DNA of 64,000 nt from Parcubacteria group bacterium (GTDB taxonomy: Bacteria; Patescibacteriota; Minisyncoccia; Moranbacterales; UBA2206), in the NCBI GenBank assembly GCA_041671525.1, contig JBAZBJ010000001.1, positions 9,638-73,637 on the forward strand. Direction: 5' to 3'. The notes beneath the pieces were generated by a model. That model was given only the letters and a program-made list of their open reading frames with translations. It was not told the origin of the DNA and made no database searches. Position numbers and translations under genes: made by a program. Below, in pieces: positions 54,268-61,413 of the stretch (positions are counted from its first letter, which is position 1; every line of letters begins with the position of its first letter).

Positions 54268-54936
54268 ATGAAAATTAATATTGACCTAATTCCTAATAAT
54301 AAATCCCTCCCTAAGGAGGATTTAGAACTTGTTAGAAAAGTAATACTAAAACATGCCAAAAAAGTTGAAAGCATGTTACCTTTTAAGGTGCAGAATTTTA
54401 CTTTCACTGTGTATGCATGGGACAAGGATGGAATTGGTGCATTTACAAAGGCAGAAGATTGGGTACATATCAATATTAATTACGGGCAGTTAATAATCAA
54501 GGGAGTCCCTAATGAAAAACTTATAGATAAATTAATCTATATAATTTATCACGAGATGCACCATGCTTGTAGAGGATATGTAGGTTTTCTACCTAAAAAT
54601 GAGCAGCATATTTTAATCAGTTCTATAATCTCTGAAGGACTGGCTGACCATTTTGCAATCGAGCAATATCCAAGTAAAAATATTCTGGAAACTATAGGCT
54701 ATGATATGGCTGAGATTTCTTCATGGATTAAAAAACTAGGAAAAGTCTTATGGAATAAGGAAAGCGATGACGATTCGTGGTTATTTGGTGGAAAGGAAAA
54801 ACCAAAATTACTCGGATATAAAATTGGCAGATATATAATTCAAGAAGTTAAAGAAAAGCAACCAAAGTTAAATTCAATCAATTTAATAAGTACAAGTTCC
54901 GAAAAGATTCTCAAATTGAGCGGAATTAATTTCTAA
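54268..54936 (+). CDS. predicted zinc-dependent protease-like protein (DUF2268-like)
   Basis: IIYHEMHHACRG HExxH motif, SEGLADHF downstream. Confidence 0.5.
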   Translation: MKINIDLIPNNKSLPKEDLELVRKVILKHAKKVESMLPFKVQNFTFTVYAWDKDGIGAFTKAEDWVHININYGQLIIKGVPNEKLIDKLIYIIYHEMHHACRGYVGFLPKNEQHILISSIISEGLADHFAIEQYPSKNILETIGYDMAEISSWIKKLGKVLWNKESDDDSWLFGGKEKPKLLGYKIGRYIIQEVKEKQPKLNSINLISTSSEKILKLSGINF

Positions 54937-54949
54937 TAATTCAAAAAAT

Positions 54950-55417
54950 ATGAATGATATAAAAATCAGAAAAGCTGGTGAAGAAGATTTTCCTGCTGTA
55001 TTTTCTTTGATAAAGGAACTTGCTGTTTTTGAAAAGTGTCCAGAAAAGGTCACAAATTCTGTTGAACAAATGAAAAATGAAAAGGATTTTTTCCAGTGCC
55101 ATGTGGCTGAGAATGGCAGCAAAGAGATTGTAGGCATGACCGTGTTCTTTTTTTCTTATCATACATGGGTTGGCAAGTCATTGTATTTTGATGATTTATA
55201 TGTGAAAGAAACTTATAGAGGTAAACAAATAGGTAAAAAATTACTTGCAAAAATCTTTGAAATTGCAAAAGAGGAAAATTGCAAAAGAATAAGTTGTTTG
55301 GTTTCAGAATGGAATAATCCTGCGATTGAGTTATATAAAAAATATGGCGTTTACATTGATTCTGGGTCAAAAAGTTTTAATTTTGATGAAGGTGGCATTA
55401 AGAATTTCAAATTATAA
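54950..55417 (+). CDS. GNAT-family N-acetyltransferase
   Basis: 155 aa; acetyl-CoA loop YRGKQIGKKLL; IRKAGEEDFPAVFSLI N-terminus. Confidence 0.8.
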   Translation: MNDIKIRKAGEEDFPAVFSLIKELAVFEKCPEKVTNSVEQMKNEKDFFQCHVAENGSKEIVGMTVFFFSYHTWVGKSLYFDDLYVKETYRGKQIGKKLLAKIFEIAKEENCKRISCLVSEWNNPAIELYKKYGVYIDSGSKSFNFDEGGIKNFKL

Positions 55418-55510
55418 TGCAATTTGATATGAAGTAATGTGCCAAACATTTACGATATAAAATAAACGTAGGCGCTGATTTGTTTTCGAATAACAATAGA
55501 AATCAACAAT

Positions 55511-56608
55511 ATGAACAAACAAGAAACAATGGGTTACAAAATAGCAAACACGGAAAGTTCTGAAAAAGAAAAAGATGCAGAACAACAAATATTAAATGCT
55601 CTATCGCATGAGTATGGTCTTTCAGTTCTGAAATTTCTCAAAGAGCCAGAAAAGGGAATAAGTTCCAAGAACTTGATCGTTTCCTCTAAAGACGGCAGTA
55701 GTTACTTTATTAAATGTTTTAAAAAAGCTGATGCTGAGAGAGTTAATGTTTCAGAAAATGCAGCATGCTTTATTGGTGAAAATTCAGATTTGCCAGTAGT
55801 GCTTCCCTTGAAAAATAAAGAAGGTGGATTGCACGTTGTTATTGATGGTCAAACGTATTCAATTTTCCCTAACATACCCCATGTTCAATATTCCCCCGAA
55901 TCAGCGTCTGAGTGGGTTGAGCTTTCAAGAAATCTCGGGCAGTTCTTGGGAAAAATTCATTTAGTTTCTCAGAAGACAGAAATTCCCGAAACGATAGAAA
56001 TGATTTCAAGATGGACCCCGGATGATCCAAAGGAAGCGATTGCTATATATGAAAAAATAAAAAGTATAATTGAACGCAAAACAACCACAGATGAATATGA
56101 TCAGAAGGCACTTGAATTTATCCAATTAAAAACTGATTTGATTGCACAAAATGAATTTACAAAAAGAGACCAACAGCCCCTTGTTGTTTGTCATGGTGAT
56201 TACCACAAAGACAATCTGCTTTTAAATGAGCAAGGAGAAATAACTGGAATTTGTGATTGGGATATAAGCGGCAAGGCGAATCCTTATGTCGAATTTGTTA
56301 GGTCTTTTAGTATGTGCGTTATCAGGAGGGATTTTGATAATTTGCAGGACAAAAAAGAAATGGCGAAAGCTTTTCTGGATGGTTACAGAAGTAACTGTGG
56401 ATTTGTTTTCAATGTTGAAGAATTGAAATACGCAATAGAATCTTGGTATCAAAAATTGCTAACGTCTCCGTGGCCACTTCCTGAGCATTATTATTCTTTA
56501 GGTGATGCTAATAAAACTGATAATATATTATACTCAGAATATAAAAAGGTGATTTTCCTTCGTGATAGGAGAAATGAGCTTCTTGATTTAATTTGTTCTT
56601 GCTTATAA
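55511..56608 (+). CDS. aminoglycoside/homoserine-kinase-type phosphotransferase (APH family)
   Basis: Catalytic loop VVCHGDYHKDNLLL and ICDWD metal-binding motif. Confidence 0.75.
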   Translation: MNKQETMGYKIANTESSEKEKDAEQQILNALSHEYGLSVLKFLKEPEKGISSKNLIVSSKDGSSYFIKCFKKADAERVNVSENAACFIGENSDLPVVLPLKNKEGGLHVVIDGQTYSIFPNIPHVQYSPESASEWVELSRNLGQFLGKIHLVSQKTEIPETIEMISRWTPDDPKEAIAIYEKIKSIIERKTTTDEYDQKALEFIQLKTDLIAQNEFTKRDQQPLVVCHGDYHKDNLLLNEQGEITGICDWDISGKANPYVEFVRSFSMCVIRRDFDNLQDKKEMAKAFLDGYRSNCGFVFNVEELKYAIESWYQKLLTSPWPLPEHYYSLGDANKTDNILYSEYKKVIFLRDRRNELLDLICSCL

Positions 56609-56721
56609 TGCATCATAAATATGAATAAATCACAAGTATCTAGCCCAGAGGAAAGAATTAGATATGCAGAAGAATTGAAAAAATACTAAGCTGGTAATAA
56701 TAAGCAACTAACATAAAAACA

Positions 56722-57033
56722 ATGAAAAAAACAATCATTCTTTTGGGGAGTATCTTTTTAATAACTTCTTTAAATAGATTGTTGTTGGCAATAATTATCT
56801 TGCCAATTATCTACTTTGTTTATAAGGGAAACAAAAAGGCGATGATTCTTGCTGGCATATATTCAGGTATTTTAACGATTGTGAATATAGCAGTTTATAT
56901 TGAAAATAATCGTAATGAGCAGGGCGACTTTTATTCCAGTCTAATGCCAGCTTATATTTATTTAGGTCTGTATATTTTAGCTTTAGTTTTTCTGAAAAAA
57001 TCTTATAAAGCAGAAAAGTTAAAAAAGGTATAA
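56722..57033 (+). CDS. small membrane protein (3 TM)
   Basis: 103-aa hydrophobic ORF. Confidence 0.45.
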   Translation: MKKTIILLGSIFLITSLNRLLLAIIILPIIYFVYKGNKKAMILAGIYSGILTIVNIAVYIENNRNEQGDFYSSLMPAYIYLGLYILALVFLKKSYKAEKLKKV

Positions 57034-57050
57034 TTTTTTATTTAAAACAG

Positions 57051-57329
57051 ATGGAAAATCAAAAAGCGATACAAAATGAATCTTTTATGGATAAAATCAA
57101 AAGTATTCATTGGATTGTTCAGATTATAATTTTTGGCGGATTGCTCTCGCTTATTTTTTCTGGGGATTTTAAGAATTTGGCAGGGGCTATGCTTATTTTG
57201 TCTTTGTATTCCGCCTATTCCTTGTTTAGACCATCTCTCAAAAATAGAAGATTGTTTTATCTTCTTCTTGCAGTGATATCGTTTATCAGTGTCTTTGTTT
57301 TAATAGCTATCGGACAATTATTGGCTTAG
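57051..57329 (+). CDS. small membrane protein (3 TM)
   Basis: 92-aa hydrophobic ORF. Confidence 0.45.
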   Translation: MENQKAIQNESFMDKIKSIHWIVQIIIFGGLLSLIFSGDFKNLAGAMLILSLYSAYSLFRPSLKNRRLFYLLLAVISFISVFVLIAIGQLLA

Positions 57330-57411
57330 GAGTTAAATGTTTTGTTTAACGAATCTCCAAAAAATAATCATCAGAAATGGTGACCTTCATGTTTTTTTGG
57401 AAATATTTTGA

Positions 57412-57515
57412 GTCCGCAAAATTCGGACGTTTCAGTGGGGAGTCGGATATTGTGGTACAGTTTACCGAATGAGACCCCAATAGACGCGTGTTGGACGAAA
57501 TTTGGGCTTGTTCGG
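57412..57515 (+). repeat. inter-module repeat copy 4 (most diverged)
   Basis: ttgtggtacagtttaccgaatgagacc and cgtgttggacgaaatttgggcttgt align with copies 2 and 3. Confidence 0.55.
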
Positions 57516-57597
57516 AGCTGATTTCTTTACTTAGAAGTCATTTTGCGATAAAATATTGATATAGGGATACTTCAATTTTATTGCATGAAAAGAAACC

Positions 57598-59829
57598 ATG
57601 AAAGGAGTTGAATTCGGAGAACCCCAATATGCGGCGGCAATGGAATCGAAAGACCGATCCCGTGGCGTTTCCGAAAAGGAGATATTGGATCAGTTTTCCA
57701 AGAAAGAACAAAAAGAAATAAAATATAAACAAAGAGTACTTGCATCGCTTGCCTATTTTATAGGCAAGGATTTTGAAATTCCTGTTGAATTGAATCAACC
57801 CGGAGGCGGATGGCACTGGAATTTTAAAGACAATAAAATCGGAATCGATCCCAAAGATCTCTTGGAAAAACCTTTGGACTATTTGCGTTATCTCATCTGC
57901 CATGAGGGAAGTCACCGCAGAATTTCCAGGACAGATTTCATCCCCGTGGAAACATGGCAGCAGCCGGGTTTTTCCTACATGATGAATGCCATCGAGGATC
58001 CGAGGGTGGATAATTTCGTCGCGGAAAACTATCCGAAATTCAATGAATTTTCACAGCATTTCCATGATGTAGAAATAGAAAATTTGGAAAATAAATATAA
58101 AGAAGAATCTAAAGAAAAGCTCGGTCATCAGCCACGGTTCATTCAGGCCGGCTTTGAATATCTGAGACTCTGGTATAAAGAAACGCAAGGGCAAGCTACG
58201 GAAATAAGTAAAGATTTGCCTCAAGAAGTCCAGCAAGTCGTTCAAAAAACCATAGCTTCAGCTAGGGATTCCTGGTGGCGTTATCCTTTGAAGGGAGAAG
58301 CTGATTCGAACGACGACCTGATAAAAAACTACGCTAAAGTTTCATATGAAATAAATCTCGACGAAGTGTGGCCGGAATTCAAAAAACTGGTTGACGAGGA
58401 TATGAAAGATCAGAACATGCAGGAGTCTCTCAAGGATATGCAATCCAAAGAGCAGCAGGAAGGAAAGGGCCAGGGCGTGCCCCAGCAATTGAAAGATCAG
58501 TTGTCTCCTCAGCAGCAAAAAGAATTGGAGGATGCGATTGATAAAGCAATTGAAGAAGTCAAAAAAGAAAGAGAAAAAAACAAAGCCGAAGCTGGAAAAG
58601 ATGGAGAAAAACCAAAGGATGGATCAGAGGCAGGCGAAGGCGAGCCGAAGGACGGATCTGGAAAGGGCGAAGGTCAACCGCAGGAAGGACAAGGTGGGAA
58701 GCCCATAGATCTCGATTCTCTTTCGGAAGGTTTGAAACAAAAAATAAAAGAATTTATAGATTCACTTCCGCCTGAAAAGAAAAGAGAACTTCAGCAAAGA
58801 GCCGAAAAAGAAATCAAAGGTCTGGAACAGAAAATAAATGAAGAGCTGGAAGGAAAACTTTCTGAAAATCCGCAACAAAAAGTTGAGCGATCTGCAGAGG
58901 GAAAACCTGAAGGCAAAAAAACAGAGTCCGCTCCAGAGCAACCGCGGTCTGATTTTGACAGGGAGCAGGAAGAGCAGAGAAAAAAAGATCTTGATAAATA
59001 CAGGGACATTCTGGAAAAGTCTCTTGAGAAAGATGCAAATATTTACGAGAGATACAGGAGTGAAGTGCTGCCGGTAATCGAAAGTCTGGAAAATGATTTG
59101 CGGGAAATTTTTGTCGCCCGCAGAGCAAGCAGATGGAAAAGTGGATTCAAAACTGGTAAGAGGATAGATATCAAAACTAGAATTCAGGAAAAAGCCAAGG
59201 GTATTTCTCCCGTTGAAAGCAAGGCATGGCAAAAACGTGAGCTTCCTTCTGAAAAGGATTATGCAATTTCAATATTAGTGGATCTTTCAGGATCAATGTC
59301 TGGACAAAAAATACAGGAAACATTTAAGGCTTTGATCGTGTTGTCCGAAGTGCTGAACAAGCTTTCCATAAAAACCGAGATTCTCGGATTCAATGATCGT
59401 CTGTATGAGTATCAGACATTCGGCGAAAGTTTTTCACGCGAAATCAGAGAAAACATGGGAGGAGCCCTGCGAGAAGTTGATAACCATAACGGCGGTCGCG
59501 CAGATTATAATGATGACGGCTGGGCACTTCAGGAAACTTCGCATCGCCTGGCTCGGCAAAAGGCGAACGAGAAATTCATCATGGTGCTTTCCGACGGTGT
59601 GCCGGAAGCGTCTCCGCAGCACAGAGGATCAGAGTTTGATTTGAACAGAGTGGTCAATCACATTACGCAGGAATCCGATCAAAAACTTATCGGTCTAGGA
59701 ATCGGCAGTGGTACTGGTCATGTTGAGAAATATTATCCGAACAGTCTTGCAAATATCAATGTAAAAGAGATGGCTGAAAAGTTGGCTGACACGATCAGAG
59801 AAATGATTGTGAATTATCAAAATTTTTGA
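57598..59829 (+). CDS. metallopeptidase-like (HExxH) N-domain + charged linker + C-terminal vWA domain protein (CobT/DUF2201-like partner of AAA ATPases)
   Basis: LICHEGSHR and NAIEDPRVDN N-domain; long K/E/Q/G-rich middle; vWA MIDAS ILVDLSGSM ... VLSDG. Confidence 0.65.
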   Translation: MKGVEFGEPQYAAAMESKDRSRGVSEKEILDQFSKKEQKEIKYKQRVLASLAYFIGKDFEIPVELNQPGGGWHWNFKDNKIGIDPKDLLEKPLDYLRYLICHEGSHRRISRTDFIPVETWQQPGFSYMMNAIEDPRVDNFVAENYPKFNEFSQHFHDVEIENLENKYKEESKEKLGHQPRFIQAGFEYLRLWYKETQGQATEISKDLPQEVQQVVQKTIASARDSWWRYPLKGEADSNDDLIKNYAKVSYEINLDEVWPEFKKLVDEDMKDQNMQESLKDMQSKEQQEGKGQGVPQQLKDQLSPQQQKELEDAIDKAIEEVKKEREKNKAEAGKDGEKPKDGSEAGEGEPKDGSGKGEGQPQEGQGGKPIDLDSLSEGLKQKIKEFIDSLPPEKKRELQQRAEKEIKGLEQKINEELEGKLSENPQQKVERSAEGKPEGKKTESAPEQPRSDFDREQEEQRKKDLDKYRDILEKSLEKDANIYERYRSEVLPVIESLENDLREIFVARRASRWKSGFKTGKRIDIKTRIQEKAKGISPVESKAWQKRELPSEKDYAISILVDLSGSMSGQKIQETFKALIVLSEVLNKLSIKTEILGFNDRLYEYQTFGESFSREIRENMGGALREVDNHNGGRADYNDDGWALQETSHRLARQKANEKFIMVLSDGVPEASPQHRGSEFDLNRVVNHITQESDQKLIGLGIGSGTGHVEKYYPNSLANINVKEMAEKLADTIREMIVNYQNF

Positions 59830-59841
59830 TATAATAAAAAC

Positions 59842-60939
59842 ATGAAAAATTCTTACGAAGCAATTTTTGGTTTAGGAGGAAAAAAGAAAGATGAGGAAAA
59901 AAAATCATCTGAAAGTAAGCCTGTTTCTGGAGAAAATCCAGTTGAACAAGAACAATCCTCCTCTGAACTGGAAAATGCAACAAGCATAAAAAAAGAAATT
60001 TTAGAAATAACTCAGGGAAAAAACCTTGAGGATTTGGCGTTGGAAGATTTGCAAAAAGTTCTGGCGAAATACAAAGAAATGGAAATTGCTCTCGGGCTTC
60101 CTGAGGCAGAACCGAAGGGTGACGTTCGCGAGCAGATGCAACGCGCGAAAGAAATTATGGGAGAAGATTTTTTCGCTCATGAAGAAATAGAAAAAGCATT
60201 CGGCTTTAAAGTTAGTCCTGAGCTAATTCCCGAAGTTCCTTTTTCACGTGAAGATCTGGAACGCGCAAGAGAATTGAATCAGTTCCTTATTCTGAGAGTA
60301 GACAAAACCGGTGACGGAAAGCCCTTGACGTTGGCGAAAATGAATGAGCTTCTCGGAGGAAAAACAAAAGACGGCAGCAAAGCCTTGTATGCCGATGATG
60401 AAAGCGGCAGTGGAAAGATAGAAGACGATTCATGGTACAAAGATGAAGATTTCGCGTTGAAGGATGTGCCGAAACTTTCATGGGCACTTGTAAGCAAGGA
60501 AGTCATTTCATCTTCTCCTGACAAAAACTATCTGGATCAGACATCTGAAATAGTGGACTATCTGAAGAATGAAGTTTTTAAGGGAAAAGAAATTCCTGTT
60601 GAATTCCAGTCTGCGATTTCTGAATTTGAAAAATCAAAAGACGGAATAGAAAAGCTCATGAATGAAGATTGGGAAAAAGCAGCTGAAAAACTCGAAGGAC
60701 TTGCAATCACCAAACTTACCAGGCAGACGCCAGCTGAAGCTATCTATGATATTTTTGTTTATTTTCAAAATAAAGGAGAAAGATTATTGGAAAATATGTA
60801 TACCTGGACTTCACGCCGGAGCTCTGACGGCAAGCTTGTGCTTGTTGGCGGCTTCGATTCCGACGGTGCGGATGTCAGTAGCCACAGGCCTGACGATTCC
60901 CACGACAGTCTCGGCGTGTCTTTCTCCCGCAGTCTTTGA
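59842..60939 (+). CDS. DGR target protein 1 (stand-alone variable C-terminal domain)
   Basis: C-terminal roughly 265 aa clearly paralogous by eye to the C-terminus of 61414..63513; last 126 nt = variable repeat VR1. Confidence 0.75.
   Translation: MKNSYEAIFGLGGKKKDEEKKSSESKPVSGENPVEQEQSSSELENATSIKKEILEITQGKNLEDLALEDLQKVLAKYKEMEIALGLPEAEPKGDVREQMQRAKEIMGEDFFAHEEIEKAFGFKVSPELIPEVPFSREDLERARELNQFLILRVDKTGDGKPLTLAKMNELLGGKTKDGSKALYADDESGSGKIEDDSWYKDEDFALKDVPKLSWALVSKEVISSSPDKNYLDQTSEIVDYLKNEVFKGKEIPVEFQSAISEFEKSKDGIEKLMNEDWEKAAEKLEGLAITKLTRQTPAEAIYDIFVYFQNKGERLLENMYTWTSRRSSDGKLVLVGGFDSDGADVSSHRPDDSHDSLGVSFSRSL
60813..60938 (+). repeat. DGR variable repeat VR1
   Basis: 126 nt aligned without gaps to TR 63811-63936; 10 mismatches, all at TR adenines. 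Confidence 0.9.
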
Positions 60940-60975
60940 AGATTTGAGATTTGAATTTTGAATATTTGAAAAGAA

Positions 60976-60992
60976 TTTTTGCGAAGCAAAAA
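60976..60992 (+). promoter_or_regulatory. hairpin 37 nt downstream of VR1 (tttttgc-gaa-gcaaaaa)
   Basis: Identical hairpin at the identical offset after VR2; may double as terminator. Confidence 0.6.
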
Positions 60993-61009
60993 ATTAAAAG
61001 AAATATATT

Positions 61010-61411
61010 ATGCAAGAAGAAATACGAAAATTTTTGGAAATGACGAACGGTTCCACGGAGCTGTGTCTTATGATAGCGCAAGATGACCAGGAGCTCGCAA
61101 CCGTTGAAAAGGAAGTCAGCGATGCCGGATTCCAAAAAACCAAAAATATCAGAGAAATATTCAATGCGATAAAAAACGGGACCAAAATATATTTCACCTT
61201 GGGCGAAGCCCTTGGAAACAATATATACAACATTTTAGCTCAATATCCCACGGGACAGGTTACTGCAAATGACGGTCAGAAAAATCTGGTTGCGAATCCT
61301 GATTATAAAAATGGATCAGTTTTGATTTTGATAACAAAAGAAAATTTAGAAAAAATTGAGAAAAGCGAAAAAAGTCTGCTGAGAATTGCAGGCTTGACTT
61401 GGCAAAAATAA
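61010..61411 (+). CDS. hypothetical 133-aa protein between the two DGR targets
   Basis: ORF abutting the ATPase gene (stop 61411, next ATG 61414); no motif recognised. Confidence 0.45.
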   Translation: MQEEIRKFLEMTNGSTELCLMIAQDDQELATVEKEVSDAGFQKTKNIREIFNAIKNGTKIYFTLGEALGNNIYNILAQYPTGQVTANDGQKNLVANPDYKNGSVLILITKENLEKIEKSEKSLLRIAGLTWQK

Positions 61412-61413
61412 TC

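Noticed and set aside
60388-60399. YADD tetrapeptide in the 365-aa DGR target, considered as an RT active-site motif
   Set aside because: An isolated match in a loop (SKALYADDESGSG); no other RT motifs and the wrong protein context.
61010-61411. 133-aa ORF considered as the DGR accessory protein Avd
   Set aside because: The size fits, but the sequence does not look like a basic four-helix bundle (it has mixed beta-like segments such as KIYFTLGEALG and GSVLILITKE). It is kept as hypothetical.
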